Origin: the human T2T-CHM13v2.0 reference genome, Homo sapiens
DNA: 64,000 nt
NCBI RefSeq assembly: GCF_009914755.1
Contig: NC_060938.1
Direction: 5' to 3' (one strand)
Below the pieces are notes generated by a model. It ran no database searches. It was not told where the DNA came from and saw nothing but the letters and a program-made list of their open reading frames with translations. How positions within the stretch are numbered: the stretch's first letter is position 1; each line of letters starts with the position of its first letter. The position numbers and the translations under genes were made by a program. This document shows, piece after piece, positions 18,626 to 42,274 of this stretch.

Positions 18626-19272
18626 GTAAGGAATCAGAAAAGGATTTATAGCACACAAGTCTTGACTACTGTTACATTCCACTTTGAAATCACTCTGAGG
18701 TGAAACAACAATTTTCCAAGATTTAAAGAAAAATAGATTTTATAAAAGGGATTCTTTTATTCACTCATACATCATTTATGTTACTGACAGTAACAAGTGA
18801 TATTTTTTCCACTATAATTTGCTCTGATGAAATAATTCTTTTAATTCCTAACAAATGCTACATTTTCAAGACCAAAGGAATTATCAGTAGGCATTCTTTC
18901 TTCTTGATCTAAGTTATTTGTCTCTAAAATATGTCAAGTAAGCTTTTAAAGATTCAGGGAGGGACAGCTTCATGATTTTTTCTCTCAGTAAATTTTGAGG
19001 TGGCTTCTCTGGCTTCATCGCTTCACTGTGACCTTTTTCTTCCTCTTCTTTATTATTTTCTTCCATTTTTTCATCCTCCTCCCTGTCTAGAGGCTGAGGA
19101 ATAAGCTGATTACCCACAAATACGTAAGTGGTAATTCTCTGTTTAACTCTCTTTCTTTTCCTTTTGGGTGGAGCCCTTTGAGGAATCCCCTTGGCCTGCA
19201 TCTCATCATTTATGAAATTTCTAAGTGTGCGTCGAATGTAAATATGAGCCAAGTCCTGTAGATTCCTGACAG
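18626..19272 (-). pseudogene. PCMTD1P: PCMTD1 retrocopy, inverted 5' segment (C-terminal CDS 19272-18914 plus ~290 nt of 3' UTR)
   Basis: Translates to VRNLQDLAHIYIRRTLRNFINDEMQAKGIPQRAPPKRKRKRVKQR...LPESLKAYLTYFRDK*, the PCMTD1 C-terminus. Confidence 0.95.
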
Positions 19273-21191
19273 TGATTCCTTACAGATTTGTAGTGGTGAG
19301 GGTTAGATTTAATTTTATATAAGGTTTGAATAATTGTTAAGCTTATGTAACCTGATCTGAATTTGCACTTCCTCTATGAAAACTTCACTTATCTAATAAG
19401 GAAATCAAATGCTTTGTAGACGTATTTACCTTACTTTTGTTGCAATCACTGTTGCTGGGTTGCTGTATATATATTCCGGGCAATATATGAGTGCAATAAC
19501 AATACAAAATATTGAATAATTTAGCTTTTAAAAATCCCACAAATTTTATGAAATTTTACAGCCCTGCTACTTTTGCTTTTGAATCTCTTGCCAAAAGACA
19601 CGAGTAAAATATCTGCTTCTCTCATAGAGATTTTAAGAGCACAGCAAGTGAATTATTAAAATAGGAAGTATGTACTTAATACAACTCTTTATATGGACCC
19701 TTTACATTTTCAGTATTTTAAAAAATGAGGTTACCTTAACTCTCTAGAATTTTAAAAGTATATTTAGAATTGTTTTTTCTGTAGTTCACTGTATAAAGTA
19801 TTTGTTTTTTTTAAAAAAAAGCAAAACCATTGTTATGTGTGACTCTTGATAGGCCACAGAACAGGTGAATGAGCATGAGTGAGGCCACTTTCTTAGATGG
19901 CTCTAAGTAGCAGCGCCATGGTAGATCTGGTCAGCGGATGCACTTTAGCAGATCGAACTTCTAGTTTATCTGAATATTTATCTTTGACAAGGTAGGGCTG
20001 AGCCTACATTTGCTTTGGATCTTTCTATTACAAGAAATATCCACAGAAATTGTATGTAGATACCCTTTGTTTGGAAAATCCTGTTCAGAATCATAGTGTA
20101 ATCTTTGAGACTTATGCCATGCTCATTTGACTTCTTCCCATATTTTTTGTGTTTCTTTTGGTAAAACTATAATAGTTTTCATTTTTTACTTAATATCACA
20201 CAATTAAACTGTCATATTTGAGCTTTATTGTAGCTTATCAGTGATAAAAAACAGATAGTAACTGCCATTGTTTGTTTCTTTGTTTTCCTAATAAGGCCTG
20301 AAAACAGCCATTCCTTGTTAAGAAAGTGTGCAATGTAACATATTTGCTAGAGTTACATGGATTATATATTTCTTAAAGGGAAAAATTTGAGAGTATCATG
20401 GATTACCACCAGCATTATTATTATAGTAGTTTCTCAGATTTGGTTAAGGAAGCCCAATCAATGTATAGTGAAATGATTATTTGCTCTCTGCTAAGATTCA
20501 GATATTGTTTAAAAAATCTCAGCTCCAATAATTCAACAACATCTAAAAACAAGTGTTTGTGATCATGTGTAAGCATGAAATTGTTCCAAGTAAGTGAGGA
20601 TATTGTAGTTATGTGAAAGACAGTATCAATGGAAGGTTATTTGTTTTATACCAGTGGCTGGGACGGTGGAATTGGGGTTATTTCTACAGTTATTCTTAGA
20701 CGATTACTAAACTGTTAAGAAATGCCCCATATCATTTGTATCTAGGAAAGAAAAAAGTCAGTATCATACTGCTGTCATCTGTCAGAAGTGTTCATTTTAT
20801 TTTGAATTAAATGTGGCTTTTGAAGTTACCTTGAATTCCTGGTGACCACATGTTTTTATCTGGAAAACCTGGGGAAAGTTATCTGTCCCATCTACCCTGC
20901 TGTTTTTTTGTTTTGTTTTGTTTTTTGTTGTATTTTTTTTCTCGGTTGGAGCTGCTGTTTAGATGATGCTTTTACTATGTAGGAGAGAGTTTTTGTTAAG
21001 GATATATTTGAGGATTGGCTTTTCCATATTGTCTTTCATTCTTTGACCTTGGCAAAGTGTACAGTAGATTTTCATGATCATTGCATATTTCTTGTCATTG
21101 AAATGTATCTTTTATGTTTTTAAATGCATTCATTTTACACTCATGACTTTATCATTGACTTTAAGAGGTAGAAATAAAAAATGAAAATAAA
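19273..21191 (+). pseudogene. PCMTD1P: PCMTD1 retrocopy, non-inverted 3' UTR segment with poly(A) remnant
   Basis: Starts with TGATTCCTTAC, the reverse complement of 18626-18636. AATAAA at 21173-21178 and a short A-rich tail. TSD AAAATGAA(C/T)GAGATCC at 18610-18625 and 21192-21207. Confidence 0.85.
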
Positions 21192-21526
21192 AAAATGAAT
21201 GAGATCCACACACCTGCGTGTGTGACTATCACGGCAACGGCGACACCCACAGGCATTGCCGGCTTCACGGAGAGGGCCTGGAAAATCAAGACTATCATGG
21301 AGGTTCAGTTCCACACTCCACCCTTCCAGGGTGGTTTCTCCCTGAAATCGTGTGTGAACCCAGAGAGAAACTTCCAGTTTCTGTAGAATTCTGGAGAACT
21401 CAGACAGCCAGTCCCAGAAGCCCCCCTTTCCCAGCTGATCTGGTCCCACCTTCACCTACCACACAAGGCCCTGTGTCTGTGGTTTCTGGGCCCTTCGGAG
21501 GGCAGGTTACCCAGGGCCCTTGGGTG

Positions 21527-21570
21527 TTCATGCATATTCATGAAGGCGTGAAGTTGGTGGGTCTTTATAA
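21527..21570 (+). promoter_or_regulatory. DUX-type promoter remnant with TATAA (21566-21570)
   Basis: Homologous to the DUX4 promoter (…attcatgaagg…ctttacaaggg…), about 130 bp upstream of the ATG at 21699. Confidence 0.65.
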
Positions 21571-21629
21571 GGGCCACTGGCGGGGTTGGACTCCTGCCTG
21601 TACCTGCCTGCAGCACAGAGGCCAACTGA

Positions 21630-22668
<1,039 letters not shown>

Positions 22669-24083
22669 GACGCGGGGTTGGGACCGGGTGGGGGCAGGTC
22701 GGTGGCTCCTCTTTCGTGGTGAACCTCTGGCTCGGTATGGAGACCTGTGTCTTCCCTTCCAGCTGACCTGTCTAGGATCCCTGAGTCCAAGTCCAGTGAG
22801 AGACTCCACAGAAAGGAGGGCTGTCATTCTTTCCTGAGCATCCCAAGGATTTCAGAGCCAGCCCAGGTACTCAGAGATGGGCCGTCTACTGCACATGCGC
22901 GGGTCCGCGGGCAGCCGGCTAGGGTTTGGGGCCAGCCCAGGCAGGGCTCTCATCCCTTCCCCCGCCCCCCCAGACAGTACACCCCCACCCCCGCGTTCTT
23001 CAGTGGTGTAAGCGGAGACCTCCACCCCGGGAAATACCGACCCGGGCAGCGGCCAGGCCTGCTCTCCTTTCCGCAGCTCAACTCCACTACCTCCCCGCTC
23101 CACCCACCCTCGCCCACCCGTGCCCCGCCATCCTCCTCGGCATCACGTGAAGCGCCCGGGAACTAAATGTAGACCCCGAGATCTCACGCAAACCGTGGTT
23201 CTTCCCTTTCTAGGTGGGAGGGAAGCCAGGCAGAGATGGGGAAAGGAACGGAGACAAAGTGAGAGAGAGGGACAGAGGGAGGAAAAGACGGATGAAGGGA
23301 CGGACCTTGGAAGGGATGGAGGGAGGGAGGGAGGGAAAGAAAAAGAGAGGAAGGGAGGGAGGGAAGGAGGGAGAAAGGGAGGTATGGATGGTGGGAGAGA
23401 GGGAAGGAGAGAAGAACAGAGGGAGGGAGGGAGACAGGGAGGGAGAGAGGGAGAGAAGGAAGAACAGAGGGAAGGATGGACAGAGGGAGAAAAGGAGCAA
23501 GAAACAGAGAAGGGAAGGCAAAGAGAAAAGCGGTCTTCTGCCTCCAGGCCCAGCAGGACCTCGAACTCCGGGAAAATGTTGGGTGCCCAGTGCAGGCTGA
23601 GTGCTCAGCCCACAGCCGCCTCGGCCAGCGGTGTGCTCACCGGCCCTCTGGATCGCCAGCCTGGGTTACTTCATCCGGGAGAGATTCAGAGGAATTCCCC
23701 AAAGAACAGAGCCGAGACTCGAATGGTTGTCCGTTTTTCATCCACATGGTTCACAGATGACATATCCCCACGCTGAGCCTGCAACAGAGTGCGAGGCAGA
23801 TACTCCCATCCACACAGGAGTCACACTCAAGCCGAGTGAACCATGATTCCGGATTCCACGTTCCTTTGCCCTCTGCAAGTGGGCCTGCTGCTCACGTGTC
23901 TCTGGCCCCCGAAAGCGTGACCATGTTGACTGTTTGTTTCCCGAGCTCTGTGGGGCACAGAAACCTCCAGCGAAGCGTGGAAAAGCAGCATCGTGTCTTC
24001 GCTCTCATTTCGTTTCCAAACAGGCCATTTTGGAGACTCCCCATGTTGCAGGAAACAGGAATCCTTCGTCAGGCCGTGATGCC
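22669..24083 (+). repeat. D4Z4-related spacer, unit 2 (truncated at ~24083)
   Basis: Paralogous to 17213-18563 up to caggcc(c/g)tgatgc, where it diverges. Confidence 0.85.
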
Positions 24084-24084
24084 T

Positions 24085-25612
24085 CAGTCCCCTGACCAGG
24101 CTCAAGGCCCACCAGGCGGCCTCCCTTTCGCTGACACTCCAGGCCTTCCCCCGGCTTGCGAGCTCCTGAGTTTCCAACACATCTGGCCTGCTCAGGACAG
24201 AGTGTGCTCGGAGGCGTCAGGGCCTGGGGCCCACAGTCCTGGGATCCCCTCTGGTCTTCCGCCTTGCAGCGGAAAAAATTGTTTTGAATCCCTCGCACCC
24301 CTCCTGCAAGGCCCCCTCTTGGCCCACACACCCAGAGCTGTCAGGGCTGCCCAGGGGCGAACAGCCAGCCCAGGCCTGCGGGCCCTTTTTCTCACAAGGT
24401 CCACACCATCGTCGCTTGTCCCGACGAGGACCTGCCCGTGGCCAACGGGACAGGAAGGCCCTTCTTTGCCACGCGCTGGCACTAGAGCCCTGGCAGCCTG
24501 ATCCCCGGGAAAGAGGGGCTGAGGAACACACAGACACACCCCACCACTACCACGAGCAAACCCACCCCGACACACACACAGGTACACACGGGTGCATGCA
24601 CACAGGAACACATGGACACACACACAGACACACACACACGGACACACACACACGGACACACAAAGACACACACACGGACACAAGGATACATGCACACGGA
24701 CACACACGGACACACACAAGGACATATAGACAAAGACACAGACACAGCTTGAAAGAGAGCTAGGGAGACCGGGATGGAGAGATACAAATGGGGGGAGAGA
24801 GAGAAAAGTGGAGGGGGAGAGAGACAGAAGGTGACAGAAGAGCGAGAGTTGGAGGGGGAAGTAGAGAAAGGGAGAGGGTGAGGGAGTTGTAGAGCGAGAG
24901 AGACAGAGCCTTGGAGAGGGAGCCTCTGCTCAGGTAGACAGGGCACTTTGAGCAGGTCGGGGTGAGGTGGAGGGTGCTTGGGCCAGGCTAGAACAGGGGG
25001 TCAGGGCCAGCCACGCGGGAAAATCAACGGAGACCTGAGACGTGTTTTTTTTTTTTTTTGTATTGGTTGGTTGCTTTGGGGGTGCGTTTCATAGGGTCCT
25101 TCCTTTGTTTGCTTCTTTCTGTCTCCTTGGTGCGGTGGGCCCCGAGATTTGTAGAGTGCACCCGTCCATCTGGTGGAAGCCGTGGCACCGAGCCTGTCCA
25201 CGGAGCCAGGTCTGGGTCTCTCTCGTGTCCTCAGGACTAGAGTTTACACGACGTTGGTGACAATGGGAAACAGGGTGCACAGGGACGGATTTCTTCGTGG
25301 CTGGCGAAGACAATGTCCTTCCCCCGGGAAAGCAGCCCACGGGTTCTGGAGCGGAGATCTTGGCTGGCGACTGTGGGACCTGCTGCCCCAACTTGGATGG
25401 TTGCAGCGGCGCTTGATGAATGAATTGAATTGCCTGGGGTCCCGGGAGGGGGAAGACACCCCGGAGGGCAGGAAACCCGCGCCTGCGCCTTCCAGGTCTA
25501 GTACCTGCTGCAGTGCCCCGGCTGGAGCCGGGCTCCTGGTGGGGCTGCAGCCAGGCGAAAGAGGTGGGATGCTGCCACCTGGCGGTATTGCAGCTGCAGA
25601 CCCTCACGAGGA
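24085..25612 (-). other. 5S rDNA repeat spacer-derived segment without the 5S gene
   Basis: The reverse complement matches the recalled 2.2-kb 5S unit spacer (…ggccctgacgcctc…gccgggggaaggcc; caggcaattcaattca…atcaagcgccgctgca; ctccagaacccgtgggct). It includes the (TG)n-like and polypyrimidine tracts. Confidence 0.8.
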
Positions 25613-25787
25613 GGTTTCATCTCGACATAAATCTTTTTCTTTCTTCAGCTGATCTGTATCCTTAATTTTAGATTAGTGGTAACTCCACAAATTTAGAGGC
25701 ACAAAATATGGTTGCCCACACCTTATAATCGCATTACCACCTCCCATTACCACCACCTTTCCCCCTCCTCCCCACCCTCAACCCGTA

Positions 25788-25900
25788 GACTAGGTCTCGT
25801 GATGTTTCCAAGGCTGGCCTCAAACTCCTGGGCTTAAGTTATTTGCCTGCCTTGGCCTCTCCAAGTGCTGTGATAGGCGGTGTGAGTCACCCGGCCCAGG
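25788..25900 (-). mobile_element. FLAM/Alu left-arm monomer
   Basis: aggctggcctcaaactcctgggcttaag...ccaagtgctg. Confidence 0.75.
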
Positions 25901-27199
25901 CAACCACCACCAAGTTTTGATTCAGCAGCACTGGGTTATGGAGCTAAGGATCCACAAATTTAGAAAAGTTTTTAAATATCATAACGTTTGTGTGTGGAAA
26001 TAGTATTTGGTATTACATTTTTAGACTCTTTTGTAATGTTCTGTTTTTTTCCACCGAGCAGAATACTAAGTAGTAATTGGAAAATCACAGCATAAGTCAT
26101 ATTACTTTTTCTAATACAGAGTCCTTGGCTGTTCTCTAAGCTAAACCTGATCACCTACACTGAGTAAAAGAAAAAGCCCCAGAGTGTGAGGAGACAGGGG
26201 ATAGTAGCCAAACACCCAAATAGGTGGGAGTGAATAAGGCAGATGACAGAGATGAGATGTCCAAAGGTCAAGGAGAAAGCTAGATCTTAAAGTGTGGTTT
26301 GCGAAGCTATGCTTCAATGGAAATCTGTTCTGAGAAGCCCTGATTTATTTCTCTTGCTTTCATTAGAGACTGACATCCTCTGCCCCATGCTCTTCAATTT
26401 TCTAGGACTTAACTTCCCCTTCAACGATCATTCTTCTAGGTTACAAAGAAAATCAAAGCCCTTTGCATGGCTTACAAGGGACTGGAGGACATGGCTGCTT
26501 GCTCTTTTTTTTGCTTTTGAGGACATGGAGCTGTCTGTGATTTTTAAGGAAATCTATGATAAACATTTTCTAATTTCCATTTTGAGTCTTGTCTAAAATG
26601 TGTGAGAGTAGTGGAGATATTGGGATTTGGTTTAGAAATCACAGAAACACCACATCCAGATGTCGTAAGTTTTCTGCTTTATAATTTCATATCTTGTGAA
26701 GGTTTCAAAAGTGATTCTACAGAAATTCATACTCAATAATTTTATCAGAATACTAAGCATCTGCCCCATATAATAAAACCAAATGTTATTTTACTTCAAA
26801 ATTTTAAGCTTTTGGTATGTATTGAGGCTAATACTGTAAACACTCTGTGCCATAATTCCTAAACTGTAATATGGTTTAATGTATCTACTTTCTACATTTA
26901 AAACATGTACTTTGCCATTGAGGAACTCAAAATATAGCTGAGCATGTATTAAATACCCATTTGTTTCCTGATTTTTAAATAGTTATCATTTTATAATTTT
27001 GCCTTGTTTAGTTTGAAGCTTACTAGGATTTTGTCATTGATATGTATGTGTGTGTATATATGTATATATATATATATACACACACACAAAATTATATACA
27101 TAACAACATATGTAATTGATATATATGTATATGTTTTATATATGTCTATATACACACTTATATGAATATATGCATGTGTACATAACATTAATTTTTGAC

Positions 27200-35460
<8,261 letters not shown>

Positions 35461-35528
35461 AGAATGGGCATAATGTAGACTTGCATTGGAGTTTGCACAT
35501 TTGAAGGAGCAAACACCTCTTTTCATTT

Positions 35529-35745
35529 GTTGTTGTTGTTGTTGTTGTTTTGTTTTTGAGATGGAGTCTCGCTCTGTCACCCAGGTTGGAGTGCTGTGGC
35601 ACGATCTTGGTTCGCTGCAAACTCCGCCTCCTGGGTTCAAGCAATTCTCTGCTTCAGCAGGCTGGTTTTGAACTCCTGACCTCGTGATCCACCCACCTCG
35701 GCCTCCCAAAGTGCTGGGATTACAGGTGTGAGCCACCGTGCCCAG
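35529..35745 (-). mobile_element. Alu with internal deletion of the linker region and a (TTG)n tail
   Basis: TSD ACACCTCTTTTCATTT at 35513-35528 and 35746-35761; junction gcttcagc|aggctggttt. Confidence 0.92.
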
Positions 35746-38739
35746 ACACCTCTTTTCATTTTTATAAACTGGTTTTAGTAGGTAAAGATCTTCATCTGTT
35801 GGGTCTCGAGGCTGCTGCGATCTTTACTGGGTTTGCAGTAAAAAGGCTTGTAGCTGCGTCAGAAGGTGGCTGCCGAATCTGAAGTGGGTTTTACCTTTAA
35901 TGGGCTTGTTACCAGGAGAACGTGTGATTGTGAGTTCTGTCATGTTTTCGGGTAGGCTGGATTGTCTTCAGGGTTTTATTTTGTGGAGCAGGCACTAGGG
36001 CAGGTTCTGCTATATGCTGGGCCTAATAGCAGATGTGTGGGTGAGTGTGGCTCCCACTGAGTACCTAGCAGGTTTTCCCCAGGTTATCTACAAACAGTGA
36101 CTTTTGAACTGTTTTGTGTCAGTCACGAGTATGATGTCCCCAGCTTTTTTTTTATTCCTCATGATTGGCTTGGCCATTCAGCCTACATTGTAGGCTTGCA
36201 TTTTCTATTACTATAAAAAGTGGGACAGGGATTTTGATAGGGATTTGAGTTAACTTACAGATTGCTTTGGATAATATGACACCTTATTAACCAAAGGGCC
36301 TGCCTTCTCAAAATGACTCTTTTCGATCTTGGGTTTTAGCAAGGTTTCATAATGCCCTGTATCCCAAAGCTCACTATATTGCCCAGGCTGTTCTTGAACG
36401 CCTGGCCTGAAGCAGTCCTCCCACCTCAGGCTCCTGAATGGAGGAGATTACTGTCATGAGCCACTGTGCCTGGATCTCTCATAAAGTTACTTTGGTTGAT
36501 GGATGGCTGACTAGTTTTTATTGCTGCAGGAGAATACAAAAGTAGGGAACCCCTATTCCACCACTTTGATAATGTCACTGTCTCCATACATTTCTTCCTT
36601 AGTTTGTTCTCTTGTATGTTTGTGTGTTATTTTAGGTTCAAATATTAAGACCAATAGGCTAGGATTTATACATTGTGTAAAAAGTAAATTAGATAGCTAG
36701 TAGGTACCCTATATATATTATAATTTTCACCTATAAGATTAAGTTTAGTGCAGGCAAAAAGGGCTCATTAAAATTTTCATCCACTTTTTCAACTTCTATC
36801 CAAACTATAATATAATTTATGCCCCAACTGTTATTTTATCAATTACTCTTAACCATATTTCATAAAATTTGTATTTTTTTCTTTATTTAGAAATGTAAGG
36901 CTATTATTTGCTTTTAAAGGCTGTGATACAGCTTTTTTTATTTTGTGAAATAATAGCACCAACATTATAAATATTTATTGTGTAAATACTTACTCATTAA
37001 AATCTTCCCATTAGAGAATTTTATTAATTATTGTAGTTCATTTCTGTAAAATTGTACTGCCACACACCACAGGGCAATGATTCAAAATGCCTGGTCTTCA
37101 CAGATGCACAGTCACTGTTGAACATTGTGGTTATTTAGAAAAATTATTTTCTAGTGTTATATCAATGTTCCAAACAAGATTTTATGGGTAAATATTTCTC
37201 TCATTCTAGTTTTGCAATTCCATTTTAACTGTATTTTTATTTTAGGGTAGGTTCCTTGAGATTGGTTTATAGTATTTTTGGTTTTACCTAAGTATTATTT
37301 TGGATGACTGTGTGCAGCAACTTTTAATGTACAGTTTATGTCAATGTGCAGTTTAATTACAATGTGAATCAGCCATATATTTATTCACCATTCAAGTTTA
37401 ACAAACATAATGAAAACTAAGCAAACTAACGTTACATGATAAAGCCCCAATCAGCTATCTTATACTTAAGCAAATACACCAAAAAATAGTTTGTAGCTTT
37501 ATTGCTGCTTTTGTTCACACTATGTTTTATATTCCCTATGACCAAGGAAATTTCTGACATTGTCCTACCAGGCTAAATAAACAAACAAAAAGACAGTGAT
37601 TACACTTTCAAGGAGCAGTTTGTTTAGAGCCCCAGATATTCCATCTGTAGACCACTATGCTCATATTTGTTTGTTTTAATAAGGCTGTAGCCCAAAACCT
37701 TACATTTTTGTGGAAATTAAAGCTTTTCAGTTCCATACTAAAGACAGGACAGCCTCATGATCTAAATCCAAGGGTGACGGTTTAGAGGACCATTTCTTGT
37801 TGACACGGAGATGGTTGAGTTCTTCTACAATAAATCTATGTGAGAGACAGGTTGTGATAAGTTGGAAGTGTTGGCTGCCTTCATGGTCTCAAAGTTCTAT
37901 GTCAAGTTCACCTCAGCACTGCTGCACTCCTGTTCTGCTGTCAGGTTGGTAATGCTTTGCCAGTAGTGGTTCTCCACATGGTCCTCAACTGCCAGTGCTT
38001 CCCTGATCCACTGCCTGCCAGAAATGCAATTGTAGTAGAGGAGGCTGGTAAGGGGACAGAAGCCAGAGATGGTAACTGGCCACCACCTCCCTGGGGAAGA
38101 GAGCGATGGGCTCTCAATCCTAGCTCACATGCCAAGTGCCATTCTCATCCCAGCACCCAGTGGTGTCCCCCATAATGTGCACTGCCTGGTCTGAGGTAAA
38201 TGGAGAGCTCAGCTAAGGTCTAAAGTTGAAAAGGGGCTTTACAGAGTCCTCAGTGTGCTGGATATCTCACCAGCCATGGAAAGAATCTGTGTCCTTGTGG
38301 TCACAGACAGGCAATGATGGGAGCTTGCCCACATTTCAGGGCCTTCTGGAGTCTTCATTTGAGAGTTCAGCTCTGGAAACAGAGGACACTTCTGGTGTCC
38401 AGAGATTCTCAGTGCCTCTCTGATGTAAAACTGATTGATGGCATCTGCTGTCTTCTGGGAGCACTGCTTGGCCATTCTTATCTGTGAGCCCCAGCCAAGG
38501 TGCTGCAGAAAGCTTGGTCTCTGGCTAGCATTCTGGACTGTGAGGCAGCGTGGCTGCAGCTAGCACTGGATGGAGAGAGTACAGTGTGGTGAAGTGGGGA
38601 CAGTGGGCATTCTGCCACATGGCCTAGAGTTTCTTGTGACTCTGGACTGCCCAGGTGTGGTGACCAGAAGGCAAACCATTTCTAGGCCACAGCTCAAGGA
38701 GGGAGAACCCAGGCTGAGCCTGGTGTTGGTTCTGAGTTG

Positions 38740-41036
<2,297 letters not shown>

Positions 41037-41082
41037 TATACTGTATTAGTCTGTTCTTGAACTGCTATAAAGAAATGTCTGA

Positions 41083-41963
41083 CGCTTCTCAAAAGAAGAC
41101 ATTATGCAGCCAAAAAAACACATGAAAAAATGCTCATCATCACTGGCCATCAGAGAAATGCAAATCAAAACCACAATATCATCACTGGCCATCAGAGAAA
41201 TGCAAATGAAAACCACAATGATATACCATCTCACACCAGTTAGAATGGTGATCGTTGAAAAGTCAGGAAACTACAGTTGCTGGAGAGGATGTGGAGAAAT
41301 AGGAACACTTTTACACTGTTGGTGGGACTGTAAACTAGTTCAACCATTGTGGAAGTCAGTGTGGCGATTCCTCAGGGATCTAGAACTAGAAATACCATTT
41401 GACCCAGTCATCTCATTGCTGGGTATATACCCAAAGGATTATAAATCATGTTGCTATAAAGACACATGCACACATATGTTTATTGTGGCACTATTCACAA
41501 TAGCAAAGACTTGGAACCAACCCAAATGTCCAACAATGATAGACTGGATTAAGAAAATGTGGCACATATACACCATGGAATACTATGCGGCCATAAAAAG
41601 GATGAGTTCATGGCCTTTGTAGGGACATGGATGAAACTGGAAACCATCATTCTCAGCAAACTACCACAAGGACAAAAAACCAAACACCACCTGTTCTCAC
41701 TCATAGGTGGGAATTGAACAATGAGAACACATGGACACAGGAAGGGAGATATCACACACTGGGGACTGTTGTGGGGTGGGGGGAGGGGGAAGGGATAGCA
41801 TTAGGAGATATACCTAATGCTAAATGACGAGTTAATGGGTGCAGCACACCAACATGACACATGTATACATATGTAACAAACCTGAACGTTGTGCACATGT
41901 ACCCTAAAACTTAAAGTATAATTATAATACTTAAAAAAATAATAATAAATGAATTTTTTAAAA
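41083..41963 (+). mobile_element. 5'-truncated L1PA3/4-like element (~0.9 kb)
   Basis: ORF2 C-terminus plus 3' UTR; TSD AAAGAAAT(G/A)TCTGA at 41069-41082 and 41964-41977. Confidence 0.95.
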
Positions 41964-41983
41964 AAAGAAATATCTGAGACTGG

Positions 41984-42274
41984 GGCTGGGCATGCTGGCT
42001 CACTCCTGTAATCCCAGCACTTTGGGAGGCTGAGGCGCATGGATTACGAGTTCAGGAGATTGAGACCAACCTGGCCAACATGGTGAAACCCTGTGTCTAC
42101 TAAAAATACACAGAAAAATAGGTGGGCTTGGTGGCATATGCCTGTAGTCCCAGCTGAGCTACTCGGGAGGCTGAGGCAGCAGAATCACTTGAACCAGGGA
42201 GGCAGACGTTGCAGTGAGCTGAGATTACACCACTTCACTGCAGCCTGGGTGACAGAGCGAGACTATGTCTCAAA
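41984..42274 (+). mobile_element. Alu inside MSTA
   Basis: TSD AAA(G/T)AAAT(A/G)TCTGAGACTGG at 41964-41983 and 42275-42294. Confidence 0.93.

Noticed and set aside
18914-19252. Clean 112-aa PCMTD1-like ORF as a functional CDS
   Set aside because: It begins at a TTG inside a 5'-truncated, inverted retrocopy, lacks the methyltransferase domain, and has no evident promoter.
24112-24145. Possible 5S gene remnant (minus strand GGCCTGG-N13-GGGAGGCCGCCTGG mimics the spacing in 5S)
   Set aside because: The 13 central bases do not match, there is no other 5S sequence, and the stretch also aligns to the upstream spacer. Likely chance; an Infernal RF00001 search would settle it.
37766-37850. Minus-strand terminal-exon-like stretch (ctctcacatag|...FIVEELNHLRVNKKMVL*)
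   Set aside because: It is short, I do not recognise the peptide, and there are no supporting exons; it needs BLASTX.
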